A stretch of 64,000 nucleotides of DNA, taken from contig CAVSFZ010000013.1 in assembly GCA_963727235.1 (NCBI GenBank), positions 362-64,361 on the forward strand, written 5' to 3'. Origin of the DNA: an uncultured Actinomycetes bacterium. Its GTDB lineage: Bacteria > Actinomycetota > Thermoleophilia > Gaiellales > JAICJC01. The notes under the pieces were generated by a model. That model was not told the DNA's origin. It saw only the letters and a program-made list of their open reading frames with translations, and made no database searches. Of this stretch, positions 26,709 to 36,559 are shown one piece after another (the first letter of the stretch is position 1; the number at the start of each line of letters is the position of its first letter). The position numbers were made by a program, and so were the translations under genes.

Positions 26709-28098
26709 ACCGGCCCACAACCGCGCGCCCCAGGGCCTCGAGCAGCTGGTGGCGGCCTGCGAGGCCGGCCTCGACCTGCCTGCCATTTTGACCACCGCGT
26801 CCACCGCTGTGGGGCTGGCGATGGACACCAGCACCGCGGCCGCCTACACCCTGTCGGAGGACGGCGAGGTGTTCGTGCGTGTCGCCGGCACCGGTGAAGA
26901 CCAGCTGCCCGCCGACGAGAGCACCGAGCCCACCATCGAAGGCGACAACGTGCGCCTACCGATGGTCAGCGCGCGCCGCGTGTTGGGCTGCATCGTGGCC
27001 AACCGCGGTCGCCGGGCGGACATCGCCGCGGCGCGGATGATTGCCGGCGTGGCCGCTCAGGCGGTTGAAGCGGCCAGAATGTGGGAGTCGGGCGCTGCCG
27101 GCAGCGGCACCGTCGACCTGCTCACCGGCCTTCCCAACCATCGGGGATTCAGCGAGCGCTCGGCCCGCGAGCTGGCCCGCGCCAAACGCACCGGTGCGGT
27201 GGTGTCCGTGGGCGTGGTGGACATCGACGGGTTCGGAGCGCTCAACGACATCCAGGGGCACGCCACCGGCGACGCCCTGCTGCGTACCGCCGCCCGCTGC
27301 TTCGGCGACGGCGTGCGCTCCTACGACAGCGTCTGCCGGCTGGGTCGAGACGAGTTCGGGCTGGTGCTGCCGGGAATGGCGTCGGAGGCGGCGGCCACGC
27401 TGATGTCGCGGTTGGCGCAGGCCTTTGCGACGTCCACCGACGGCGTGACCGTTTCGGGCGGGGTGGCGAGCTTCCCCGCCGATGGCGCCACCCACGGCGA
27501 GCTGCAGCGGCTCGCCACCGGGGCGCTCTACTGGGCGCAGCGCGGCGGCGGCGGCCGGATCGTCTCCTACGACGCGCGCGTGGTCGAGGCGCTGTCGGCA
27601 CGGGAACGGGCCGATCAGCTCGAGCGCGACACCTACGAGCGCACGATCCGCGCGCTGGAGGCCACCCACGGCCACTCGTCCACCTCGCGGGCCGTCAGTG
27701 AGTACTCCGGGTTCCTGGCCTCGGAGCTGGGGCTCACACCCGACCGGGCCGACCGCTTGCGCCTGGCCGCGTTCGTCTACGACTCCACCACTCCCGGCGG
27801 GGAGCCGGCAGAGCGCGCTCGGCTGGCCGCCAAGGTCGCCGTGAACGCCCTGGACGCCGAGGCGGCCGGCTGGCTGCTGGCGGCACGGCACGGCCGCGAC
27901 GCACCGATCGAGTCGCGCATCGTCGAGGTGGCCGCCGCCTTCGTCGAAGCCGGAGGCCACACCGGATCAGCCGGAGCGGGCCGGGCGCTGGCCTCATTGT
28001 GGGCTGCCAACGGCGGCAGCGGGCACGACCCCGAGGTCGTCCGCGCCCTGGAGAGCCTGCTCGCCGACCGCGTCGGCGAAGCCGCGACCGCCGAGTAG
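26698..28098 (+). CDS. GAF-like / GGDEF-domain protein with a degenerate A-site (GRDEF) and a C-terminal helical domain
   Basis: DLLTGLPNHRGF...VDIDGFGALND...RSYDSVCRLGRDEFGLVL. The RxxD I-site is at the canonical spacing. 11-nt overlap with the kinase gene. Confidence 0.8.
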   Translation: MLRRPAHNRAPQGLEQLVAACEAGLDLPAILTTASTAVGLAMDTSTAAAYTLSEDGEVFVRVAGTGEDQLPADESTEPTIEGDNVRLPMVSARRVLGCIVANRGRRADIAAARMIAGVAAQAVEAARMWESGAAGSGTVDLLTGLPNHRGFSERSARELARAKRTGAVVSVGVVDIDGFGALNDIQGHATGDALLRTAARCFGDGVRSYDSVCRLGRDEFGLVLPGMASEAAATLMSRLAQAFATSTDGVTVSGGVASFPADGATHGELQRLATGALYWAQRGGGGRIVSYDARVVEALSARERADQLERDTYERTIRALEATHGHSSTSRAVSEYSGFLASELGLTPDRADRLRLAAFVYDSTTPGGEPAERARLAAKVAVNALDAEAAGWLLAARHGRDAPIESRIVEVAAAFVEAGGHTGSAGAGRALASLWAANGGSGHDPEVVRALESLLADRVGEAATAE

Positions 28099-28099
28099 A

Positions 28100-28130
28100 T
28101 GAATAAAAGGTGCCTGGCACCTTTTATTCA
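28100..28130. terminator. 31-nt perfect palindrome TGAATAAAAGGTGCC-T-GGCACCTTTTATTCA (copy 2 of 3)
   Basis: Arms identical to copy 1, with central A changed to T. It starts 2 nt after the GGDEF gene stop (28096-28098) and contains the TGA stop of lgt (28128-28130, minus strand). Confidence 0.6.
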
Positions 28131-29060
28131 CCCCTTTTTGCGGCGCTGGGTGCGCTGGCGGGCTGCGATGGCGGCTTCGGGCCGCGGGGTGGGCACGTGC
28201 CCGGTGGCGTCGATCGGCGACGGCTTGCCCGGAGGATCGGGCGCTTTGGAGAGCCGCTTTCGAAACAGCAGCAAGAACGCGGTCATGCCTGCGATCAGGC
28301 AGATCAGCGCCACCCACACGTTCAGGCGCTGGCCGAAGAACTGATCGGCAGTGTCGATTCGCAGCGTCTCGATGTAGAGCCTGCCGAACGAGTAGAGGGC
28401 CACGTACAGGGCGAAGATCGTTCCGGCCGGGACGCGGTTCCAGAACCGTTTGATGAACCGCCACAGGATGAAGAACACCAGCAGGTCCCAGAGCGACTCG
28501 TACAGGAAGGTGGGCACGAACGTGTGCGGCCCGCCGACGATGTTGTAGGGAAAGACCGGGTTGTCGATCTTGACCGCCCACGGCTTGGTGCTGGGGCCGC
28601 CGTACAGCTCCTGGTTGAAGTAGTTGCCCCACCGGCCCAGCGCCTGGGCCAGGATCAGCCCCGGGGCGACGCAGTCGGCCACCACCCAGAACGGCAGCTT
28701 GGCCCGGCGCACACCGATCAGCATGCCGACCATGCCGCCCAGGACCGCGCCCCAGATCCCCAGCCCGCCCTGCCAGATCTGCGGGATCTGGCTGTAGTGA
28801 CCCGGTGAGAACGCGCCCCAGTCGGTGATCACGTGGTACAGCCGCGCCCCCACCAGGCCAAACGGCACCGTCCACACGGCGATCGTGTACACCAGCTCGG
28901 GATCGATCTTGCGGCGCCGGAATTCCTTGCGGGCGATCCAGCCCGCGAGCAGCACCGCCAGCGCCAGGATCAGCCCATACCAGCGCGCCTGCAGGCCGTG
29001 AAAACGGAACAGAAATGGGTCGCCGGGACTGGGGATCGAAAACAGCTTCATCGAGCGCAT
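28128..29060 (-). CDS. lgt: prolipoprotein diacylglyceryl transferase
   Basis: 310 aa. WYGLILALAV, GARLYHV, and RWGNYFNQELYG are signatures of Lgt. It has a basic C-terminal tail. Confidence 0.9.
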   Translation of the reverse strand: MRSMKLFSIPSPGDPFLFRFHGLQARWYGLILALAVLLAGWIARKEFRRRKIDPELVYTIAVWTVPFGLVGARLYHVITDWGAFSPGHYSQIPQIWQGGLGIWGAVLGGMVGMLIGVRRAKLPFWVVADCVAPGLILAQALGRWGNYFNQELYGGPSTKPWAVKIDNPVFPYNIVGGPHTFVPTFLYESLWDLLVFFILWRFIKRFWNRVPAGTIFALYVALYSFGRLYIETLRIDTADQFFGQRLNVWVALICLIAGMTAFLLLFRKRLSKAPDPPGKPSPIDATGHVPTPRPEAAIAARQRTQRRKKG

Positions 29061-29234
29061 CTCAGGTTATCGGCAAGCACGGCCGGCGGCGCCACCCCAG
29101 GCGGGACGGGTGTCATGACCGTCACACGTAAAGGTTCGCCGTTCGGACGCCGATAGGTCGCATGGTTACCCAATTCCCCCTGGGTACGACCGATCCAGGC
29201 AGCCTGACGACACGGGAAGGAGCGGCATCCCGCA

Positions 29235-29942
29235 ATGCCAACGCTGAGCAAGAACATCATCATCTCTGTTGTGCTCGCGCTGGCCGCTGCCGTGGCCCTG
29301 GTGCTGTACGTCGGTGAGGTGCAGAATCAGGCCGTCACCAACGAGCGCACGGTGGCCGTCGTGGTCGCACTCAAAGACGTGCCGGAGGGCACCACGGTGG
29401 ACGATGCGATCAGCTCCGGCGCCCTCGGCATCCGCACCATGCGGTTCGCCGACGTGCCCAGCTTCGCCGTCTCCAGCCTCGACACGATCCGCGGACAGGT
29501 CGTGACCCAGCCGCTGTTCACCGGCGACACCGTCACCACCACCCGGGTCGGCTCATCGAACGGCACCTCACCGAGCTACCAGGTGAAGGGCGCGGAGCGG
29601 CTGATCCGGCTGCCGCTCTACCCCAACCAGGGCATGCTCAACGACATCGCCCCGCAGGACCGCGTGGACGTGTGGGCCAAGACCGCCAACGGCGACGCCA
29701 CCCGCTTCACCGAGCAGTTGATCGTCCCGGGCGCACTGGTGATCGCCGCCGACCTTCCCGCCACGACCACTTCGGGACAGGGCTCGCTGCTGCTGTCCAT
29801 GGACGCTGCCGACGCCGGCAAGGTGGCCGCTGCACTTTCGGCCGACAGCTCCGGCCAGTCGGACAACAACATCTGGGTGGTGCTGGTGGGTAAGCACAAC
29901 CCCAAGTGGCCCAAGATCCCCGAAATCCCGCTGTCGAGATAA
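29235..29942 (+). CDS. cpaB: Flp pilus assembly protein CpaB/RcpC-like (SAF domain)
   Basis: N-terminal TM followed by VAVVVALKDVPEGTTV (SAF-like). First gene of the tad cluster. Confidence 0.7.
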   Translation: MPTLSKNIIISVVLALAAAVALVLYVGEVQNQAVTNERTVAVVVALKDVPEGTTVDDAISSGALGIRTMRFADVPSFAVSSLDTIRGQVVTQPLFTGDTVTTTRVGSSNGTSPSYQVKGAERLIRLPLYPNQGMLNDIAPQDRVDVWAKTANGDATRFTEQLIVPGALVIAADLPATTTSGQGSLLLSMDAADAGKVAAALSADSSGQSDNNIWVVLVGKHNPKWPKIPEIPLSR

Positions 29943-29955
29943 GGACTGCTGCCGA

Positions 29956-31071
29956 ATGCGAAACGACCTCATCCGAGTGACGCTCCAGGGCGACGACGCG
30001 CACCTGCGCGACCTGCTGGAGCAGTCGGGAGTGGTCGAGATCGTTGATACCGGCGCCGAGGTGCTGGTGTGGCACCTGCCGCAGGACGCCGACGGTCTGC
30101 CGGCTGAGCTGCGCGGAGTGCTGGGCGATCCCAACGGTCCGGCGGTGCTGGGCCTGGCCGACACGCATCCCAGCCGCTGGTTCGACGAGGCGCTCGACTT
30201 CGGAATCGACGGGGTCGTCTGCCTGCCCCAGATCCCCGAGCAGCTGGGCATGGCGGTGGCGGCGGCCCGCGCTCAGCGGCACCGCCGCGGCTCCAGCAAC
30301 CTGCACGCCTCCGGCGCGCTGCGATCGACCCGCGACGCGCACGTGTTCACGATCTTCTCGACCAAAGGGGGATCGGGCAAGACCGTGATCGCGACGAATC
30401 TGGCGGTGTCGTTCGCGCGTGACGGCAAGCGCACCCTGCTGATCGACTTCGATCTTCACTCCGGCGACGACGCCCTGGTGCTGGGCCTCTCCCCCCGCTG
30501 GACGGTGCTCGACCTGGTGCAGTCGCCCGGCGATCTCGACGCCGAGAAGCTGGCCGGGTTCGTCACCCGCCACAGCTCCGGGGTCGACCTGCTCCCGGCT
30601 CCCACCCGGCCCGACGAGGAGGAGCTGGTCGCCATCGACCGGCTGGAGCCGCTGCTGGAAGTGGCCCGCGACTCGTATGACGTGGTCGTGATCGACACCT
30701 CCTCCCAGTTCGCCCCGGCGACGCTGCTTGCGATCGACAACACCGACACGCTGGTGCTGGTGGGGGCCTCCGACGTGCCCACCATCAAGAGCCTCAAGAT
30801 CGCCTTGGAGACGCTGGAGCTGCTGGAGGTCAATCAGCTCGACGTGCGCATCCTGATGAACCGCTCGGGCGCCAAGGTGGGCCTCGAGGACCGCGACGTC
30901 GAACGCACGCTGCGCCGCGAAATCACCTACACGCTGCCGTCCGACAAAGCGGTGCCGGTTTCGGTCAACCGCGGCCAGCCGGTGATCCTCGACAATCCGC
31001 GGTCTCGCGTTGCCCGATCGCTCCAGGAGATGGCACGATCTCTGGAGGCCGCGGTCGGGAGCAGACGGTGA
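29956..31071 (+). CDS. TadZ/CpaE-like ParA/MinD-family ATPase with N-terminal receiver-like domain
   Basis: Deviant Walker A STKGGSGKTVIATNLA and VVIDTSS. Confidence 0.8.
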   Translation: MRNDLIRVTLQGDDAHLRDLLEQSGVVEIVDTGAEVLVWHLPQDADGLPAELRGVLGDPNGPAVLGLADTHPSRWFDEALDFGIDGVVCLPQIPEQLGMAVAAARAQRHRRGSSNLHASGALRSTRDAHVFTIFSTKGGSGKTVIATNLAVSFARDGKRTLLIDFDLHSGDDALVLGLSPRWTVLDLVQSPGDLDAEKLAGFVTRHSSGVDLLPAPTRPDEEELVAIDRLEPLLEVARDSYDVVVIDTSSQFAPATLLAIDNTDTLVLVGASDVPTIKSLKIALETLELLEVNQLDVRILMNRSGAKVGLEDRDVERTLRREITYTLPSDKAVPVSVNRGQPVILDNPRSRVARSLQEMARSLEAAVGSRR

Positions 31072-32492
31072 AGCCCGACCGGGAGCGAACGCTCGGCGGT
31101 CGCATGCGCCGGATCGAGCCCGCCGCCGCCGGTGGCGAGCAGGGTACGCAGAAGGACGAGCACGATCCGTTTGCCGAGATCAAGGCGCTGGCTCAGGCCG
31201 AGGCGGTTCGCGAGCTCGGCACCGCCCTGAACGAGGGTGAGGTCGTCGAGGAGGAGCTGCACGAGCAGGTGCAGCGCGCCATCGATGCGGCGCTGGCGGA
31301 AGCCGGCACGCCGCTTTCCACCCGTGACCGGGCGCGGCTGGTGCGCGAGATCACCCACAACATCCTGGGCTACGGGCCGATCGAGCCGTTCCTGGCCGAC
31401 GACTCCGTGACCGAGGTGATGGTCAACAACCACTCCACCATCTATGTGGAGCGCAAGGGCATGATCGAGGAGACCGACATCCGGTTCGGGTCAGAGCTCC
31501 ACCTGCTGCAGGTGATCGACCGGATCGTGGCCCAGACCGGCCGCCGCATCGACGAGTCGAGCCCCATGGTCGATGCCCGGCTGCCCGACGGCTCACGTGT
31601 CAACGCCATCATCCCCCCGCTGGCGATCACCGGCCCGTCGCTGACGATCCGCAAGTTTTCACGAGAGCCGCTGACCATGGACAACCTGGTCGGCTTCGGC
31701 ACCCTCTCCCACCAGGCGGCGGCGTTCCTGGAGGCCTGCGTCGAGGGCAAGCTGAACGTGCTCGTCTCGGGCGGTACCGGCACGGGCAAGACGACCATGC
31801 TGAACGTGCTGTCGTCGTTCATCCCCGAGCGCGAGCGCATCATCACGATCGAGGACGCGGCCGAGCTGAAGCTGTCCCAGCGGCACGTGATCGCACTGGA
31901 AGCGCGGCCGCCCAACACCGAAGGCCGCGGCGCCATCTCGATCCGCGACCTGGTGCGAAACGCGCTGCGCATGCGCCCCGACCGGATCGTGGTGGGAGAG
32001 TGCCGTGGGCCTGAGGCAGTGGACATGCTGCAGGCGATGAACACCGGCCACGACGGATCGCTCACGACGATCCACGCCAACAGCCCGCGCGACGCCCTGG
32101 CGCGCACCGAGACGCTGGTGCTGACCGCCGGCTTCGACATGCCGCTGAAAGCGATTCGCGATCAGATCTCGAGTGCGTTTGACCTCGTGATCCAGACCAA
32201 CCGGCTGGTGGACGGCCGCCGCCGGATCACCCACATCACCGAGGTGGGCGGCATGGAGGGTGACATCATCACCCTGCAAGACGTGTTCGTGGCGTCGTTT
32301 GCCGACGACAAGGAGCCCGACAACTCCACCTCCAAACTGGTGTACACCGGTATCCGCCCGAACTTCATCGAGAAGCTTGAACGCCACGGCGTGACGTTGC
32401 CAAAGACGTTCTTCGGGGACACCAGCGCGAACATCGACGTGCTCCGCCGAGGCCCGCGCGCGCCGGGAGGACGCCAGCGGAGGACGGCGTGA
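31068..32492 (+). CDS. TadA/CpaF secretion ATPase
   Basis: Walker A SGGTGTGKTT, Asp box IITIEDAAEL, Walker B and His box (RIVVGECRG...GHDGSLTTIHAN). Confidence 0.9.
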   Translation: MKPDRERTLGGRMRRIEPAAAGGEQGTQKDEHDPFAEIKALAQAEAVRELGTALNEGEVVEEELHEQVQRAIDAALAEAGTPLSTRDRARLVREITHNILGYGPIEPFLADDSVTEVMVNNHSTIYVERKGMIEETDIRFGSELHLLQVIDRIVAQTGRRIDESSPMVDARLPDGSRVNAIIPPLAITGPSLTIRKFSREPLTMDNLVGFGTLSHQAAAFLEACVEGKLNVLVSGGTGTGKTTMLNVLSSFIPERERIITIEDAAELKLSQRHVIALEARPPNTEGRGAISIRDLVRNALRMRPDRIVVGECRGPEAVDMLQAMNTGHDGSLTTIHANSPRDALARTETLVLTAGFDMPLKAIRDQISSAFDLVIQTNRLVDGRRRITHITEVGGMEGDIITLQDVFVASFADDKEPDNSTSKLVYTGIRPNFIEKLERHGVTLPKTFFGDTSANIDVLRRGPRAPGGRQRRTA

Positions 32493-34336
32493 GCCGCCGC
32501 CGCGTGATGGCCGCTGCGATCGTGGTGGCGGCGACGCTGGCCACGGCCGCGGGCGCCTCGGGCTCCGCCTCCAAGTCCCACGTCGGGTTGGTCACCAAGG
32601 CCGGACCCAACGCGGTGCGAGTGGTGCTGCACGCCCCCGGCAACCTGACCCCCACCGGGGTCTCGGCACGCCTGGGACCGCGCTGGGCCTACGTCCGTTC
32701 GGTCACTCCGGCAGGCGAGCACCGGCCGCTGAATCTTGTGATCGCCATCGATACCTCGCGGAGCATGCGAGGGCCGTCGTTCCATGCGGCTATCGCCGCC
32801 GCCCTGAAGCTGTTGGACGCGGTCACGCCGACCGACCGAGTGGGTCTGGTCACGTTCGCCGGCCGGGTGCAGGTGGAGTCCGAGTTGACCCACGACGTGG
32901 CCGCTGTTCGGCTCGCGTTGAGTCAACTTGGCACGGGACGCGGCACCGCACTCGACGCCGGGGTCACCAAGGCCGTGGAGGTGGCCGGCACCAACACCAA
33001 AGCACGCCGGCTGGTGGTGTTGATGTCCGACGGCGCCGATACCACTGGCCCGTCGCAAACCGAGCTGGACACCGCGCTGAGCGCGTCCGGAGTCGAGGTC
33101 GACGCGTTCGGCCTGAACCGCTCCGATGCCTTCACCTCGACGCCGCTCGAGGAGATCGCAGCGGTCACCGGAGGACGGTACGCCGACGTCACCGCACGAT
33201 CCCTGGCGGCGACCACCACGCGGCTCCGCGACCGTGAGCTCTCCGGCGCCTACGTCGCGCTGATCTCGCTGCCCCAGACGAGCGCCAGGGACCTGCACGT
33301 GAGCGTGCTGGGCGCGCCCGCCGCCGGCGTGCAGCTGCCCACCGGCGTCTCCGGCAAGTCGCAGACGTTCTGGATCGCACACGGCGAGCTGATCGTGGCC
33401 GTGCTGGGGTTCCTGGCCGTGATGGCGATCTCGATGTCGCTGATCCAGCTGAGCCGGGGACGGCCCCAATCGCTCGACTCGCGGCTGGCCGAATACACCG
33501 CCATCGCGGACACGAACGACACCAAGGGCCGGCGGACGCGACTGGCAGAGCTGTACGAGCGCGTCGAAGAGCAGTTCTCGGGCAGCGTCGTGTGGCGGCA
33601 GCTGGACGCCCTCTGCCAGCAGGCGGGCACCGCCAGGCCCACCGCGCAGATACTGCTGGGGATCGTCGGCTTGGCGGTCGTGATGGGCGTCACCGCAGAC
33701 ATCCTGCTGGGTGCCTTGGTCGGTATCGCTGGATTCGTGGTCGGTGCCTGCCTGCCGGTCTGGGTGCTGCGCTGGAAGGCAACTCGGCGATCGGCCCGGT
33801 TCGAAGCCCAGCTGCCCGAGCTGCTGGCCGTATGGGCCAGCGCCCTGCGCGCCGGCCGGTCGTTCGCCCAGGCGCTCGACACTCTGGTGGACGAGGCCGA
33901 CGAGCCCGCCCACGGCGAGTTCCGCCGCGCCCAGCAGCAGGTGCGGCTGGGCGTGCCGATCGAGGTGGCTCTGGACGACATGTCCAAGCGGCTGCGCTCC
34001 GACAGCTTCGAGCTGGTGGTGCTCACCACCGACGTCCAACGGCGCGTGGGCGGCAACGTCGCCTTGATCTTCGATCGGGTGGCCGACACCGTGCGCAAAC
34101 GCCAGCAGTTCGGCGCCCGCGTGCGCGCCCTGACCTCGATGGGGCGATTGTCGGCGTATGTCCTGATCGGCCTGCCGTTCGCGATGGCCGCGGGTCTCAC
34201 GCTGATCAACGCCGACTACATGATGCCGCTCTTCACCACCTCGGTGGGGCACATCCTGATCGTGGTCGCGCTGGTCATGATGGGGCTGGGATCGCTGGTG
34301 CTGCGCCGGCTGGTGAAGCCAAGGACGATCGCATGA
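32489..34336 (+). CDS. vWA domain fused to TadB-type (T2SS F-family) platform protein
   Basis: 615 aa. Signal/TM (MSRRRVMAAAIVVAATLATAAG); vWA domain with MIDAS DTSRS...VVLMSDGADT; a TM; then the TadB-like QLPELLAVWASALRAGRSFAQAL... and C-terminal TMs. Confidence 0.8.
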   Translation: MSRRRVMAAAIVVAATLATAAGASGSASKSHVGLVTKAGPNAVRVVLHAPGNLTPTGVSARLGPRWAYVRSVTPAGEHRPLNLVIAIDTSRSMRGPSFHAAIAAALKLLDAVTPTDRVGLVTFAGRVQVESELTHDVAAVRLALSQLGTGRGTALDAGVTKAVEVAGTNTKARRLVVLMSDGADTTGPSQTELDTALSASGVEVDAFGLNRSDAFTSTPLEEIAAVTGGRYADVTARSLAATTTRLRDRELSGAYVALISLPQTSARDLHVSVLGAPAAGVQLPTGVSGKSQTFWIAHGELIVAVLGFLAVMAISMSLIQLSRGRPQSLDSRLAEYTAIADTNDTKGRRTRLAELYERVEEQFSGSVVWRQLDALCQQAGTARPTAQILLGIVGLAVVMGVTADILLGALVGIAGFVVGACLPVWVLRWKATRRSARFEAQLPELLAVWASALRAGRSFAQALDTLVDEADEPAHGEFRRAQQQVRLGVPIEVALDDMSKRLRSDSFELVVLTTDVQRRVGGNVALIFDRVADTVRKRQQFGARVRALTSMGRLSAYVLIGLPFAMAAGLTLINADYMMPLFTTSVGHILIVVALVMMGLGSLVLRRLVKPRTIA

Positions 34337-34346
34337 GGAGCGCACT

Positions 34347-35237
34347 GTGCCCTGGTTTGTAGCCTCAGTCGTGCTCTTCGGCGGCTCGTGCTTCTTCGCA
34401 CTGCGCCACCTCACCCGCGGACGCCTGCAGGTCGAGTCGGTGCTGGGCCGGATGGCGGGGTACGGATACCGCTCGGGCCCGGTCGGCACCGACTGGCGCA
34501 CCATCCTGCGACAGATCGGCAGGGTCTCCCCCGGCGGTCGGGGCGCCCGGGCCGAGGGCGTGCGGCGCAAGCTGGCCGCCGCCGGCTGGTCGAAGCGGTA
34601 TACGCCCGAAGACATCGCCGGCGTCAAGATCCTATTCGCGCTGGGCGCCTACTTCCTGATGCTGCTGGCCACGGCGCTGAGCGTCCTGCCGTTGGCCGTG
34701 GGCGCCGCGGCCGGTGTTGTTCTGGGATTGGCTGCCTACCTGTCGCTGCCGGTTGCGATCGATATCCGTGTGCGCGGGCGGCGAGACAAGATCGTGGCCC
34801 AGCTACCCACCGTGCTCGACCTGCTGACGCTCTCGGTGGAAGCCGGCATGAGTTTCGACGCCGCGTTGCAGCGACTGGTGCGACGCCTGAACGGCGCCCT
34901 GATCGATGAGCTGGGACTGATGCTGCGCGAGATCCAGCTTGGCACCAGCCGTCACGAGGCGATGATCGCCCTCGCTGCCAGGGTCGACACCCCCGAGGTC
35001 TCGAGCTTCGTACGCGCCCTCAACCAGGCCGACAAGCTGGGCGTCCCGCTGGCCGAGATGCTGCGGGTGCAGGGCGACGAGCTGCGGGTGCGGCTGCGAA
35101 ACCAGGCCGAGGAGCACGCCATGAAGGCTCCGGTGAAGATGCTCTTCCCCACAGTGCTTCTGATCTTCCCGGCCGTGTTCATCGTGGTGCTGGGCCCCGC
35201 GGTGATCAGCCTGCTGGACAAGCTTGGAGCGATGTGA
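34347..35237 (+). CDS. TadC-type (T2SS F-family) platform protein
   Basis: 296 aa. QLPTVLDLLTLSVEAGMSFDAAL and C-terminal TM helices. Confidence 0.8.
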   Translation: MPWFVASVVLFGGSCFFALRHLTRGRLQVESVLGRMAGYGYRSGPVGTDWRTILRQIGRVSPGGRGARAEGVRRKLAAAGWSKRYTPEDIAGVKILFALGAYFLMLLATALSVLPLAVGAAAGVVLGLAAYLSLPVAIDIRVRGRRDKIVAQLPTVLDLLTLSVEAGMSFDAALQRLVRRLNGALIDELGLMLREIQLGTSRHEAMIALAARVDTPEVSSFVRALNQADKLGVPLAEMLRVQGDELRVRLRNQAEEHAMKAPVKMLFPTVLLIFPAVFIVVLGPAVISLLDKLGAM

Positions 35238-35293
35238 GAAGCATGGAAAGCCGGTAGCTCAACACGCGTAGGCGGGAGTCGATCACCGAGTGA

Positions 35294-36559
35294 GTGACTC
35301 CCACCCTCAGATCTCTCCGCAGTGAGGCCGGCCAGACGCTTCCGGTGATCGCCGTCTTCATGGTCGTGATCATCGCCATCGCGGGGTTGGTGATCGACCT
35401 CGGAAACGTCGAACGGGTGCGCGCCCAGATGCAGGTCGCCGCCGACGCGGCGGCCACCGCGGGCGCGAGCACGCTGCTCGATTTTCAGTCGAACGTGGTC
35501 GTCGCCCAAGACACCGCCCGCCACTACGGGATGGCGGCCGACGGCCAAAACCAGATCGCCGGGGTGGACACCGGCACCGTCTCGCAGTCGGTCAGCGTCG
35601 AGTGCAACGTCGAGTATTCCGGCTGTGGCAGCGCGACTCCGAACACGGTCGCGGTGCACGACACCGCGGCTGTGCCGACCTACTTCCTGAGCATCTTCGG
35701 CATCGACACCATCGACGTCAGCACCGAGGCCGAGGCGTGCGCTCCGTGCCAATCGTCTCCGCACGACATCATGCTGGTGCTCGACCACACCGGGTCGATG
35801 GCCGCGGCCGGGAAGTACTCCAGCAACACCAGCGTGCGCAAGATCGACAACCTCAAAGCCGCCGTTTTGCAGGGATTCTTAACCACTCTCGATCCGACAT
35901 ACGACCATGTTGGGCTGGTCGTCTTCCCACCCGACACCGCCTCCGCACCAGCCTGCACGCCGAAGAACAACGTCGACAACTACCGCGACTACCTCGACCC
36001 CACACGCAACTACCTCGAATCGAGGCTGACCGACGACTACGTCGACTCCAACGGCACGCCCAACCCAGGCTCTCAGATGATCCAGGACATCGGCTGCCTG
36101 ATGCCGTACTCACGGACGGACTACGCCGACCCGCTGGAGGTGGCACAGAACGAGCTGGACGCCGACGGCCGCCCGGGCGTGCCCAAGCTCATCCTGCTGA
36201 TCTCCGACGGTGCCGCCAACCAGCTCGACGACCCGGTCTGCCCGGTCACCACCACGCCCATCTGGTCGTGCATGCACCCCTGCCATGTCGGCATCAACGT
36301 GGCCAATACGATCAAGAACGCCGGCACCGAGATCTACGCCATCGTCTACTCCGACCTGGAATGGGACGACGAGTGCTCACCGGTCGACGGCTACCACGCC
36401 GGCTGGCCCGACGACACCATGGACGGCTACACCGCCATGCAGCAGATCGCCAGTCCCGGCGACTACCTGGAGGACCCCGACCCGATGAACCTCAAGCACA
36501 TCCTGCACCAGGTCTCGGGTGAGCTGACCGGGGCCACCACCTCACGCCTGGTCAAGTAG
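35294..36559 (+). CDS. TadG-like (TadE/G N-terminal) protein with Cys-rich vWA domain, paralog 1
   Basis: 421 aa. GQTLPVIAVFMVVIIAIAGLVIDLGNVERVRAQMQVAADAAA (TadE/G-like), a vWA domain (IMLVLDHTGSM...LISDGAAN), and more than 10 conserved Cys. Confidence 0.75.
   Translation: MTPTLRSLRSEAGQTLPVIAVFMVVIIAIAGLVIDLGNVERVRAQMQVAADAAATAGASTLLDFQSNVVVAQDTARHYGMAADGQNQIAGVDTGTVSQSVSVECNVEYSGCGSATPNTVAVHDTAAVPTYFLSIFGIDTIDVSTEAEACAPCQSSPHDIMLVLDHTGSMAAAGKYSSNTSVRKIDNLKAAVLQGFLTTLDPTYDHVGLVVFPPDTASAPACTPKNNVDNYRDYLDPTRNYLESRLTDDYVDSNGTPNPGSQMIQDIGCLMPYSRTDYADPLEVAQNELDADGRPGVPKLILLISDGAANQLDDPVCPVTTTPIWSCMHPCHVGINVANTIKNAGTEIYAIVYSDLEWDDECSPVDGYHAGWPDDTMDGYTAMQQIASPGDYLEDPDPMNLKHILHQVSGELTGATTSRLVK

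Noticed and set aside
32162-34627. 821-aa minus-strand ORF, the longest ORF in this region
   Set aside because: It runs antisense to tadA, vWA-tadB and tadC, which have clear family motifs. Its product is an Arg/Gly/Pro/His-rich low-complexity sequence typical of shadow ORFs in high-GC DNA.
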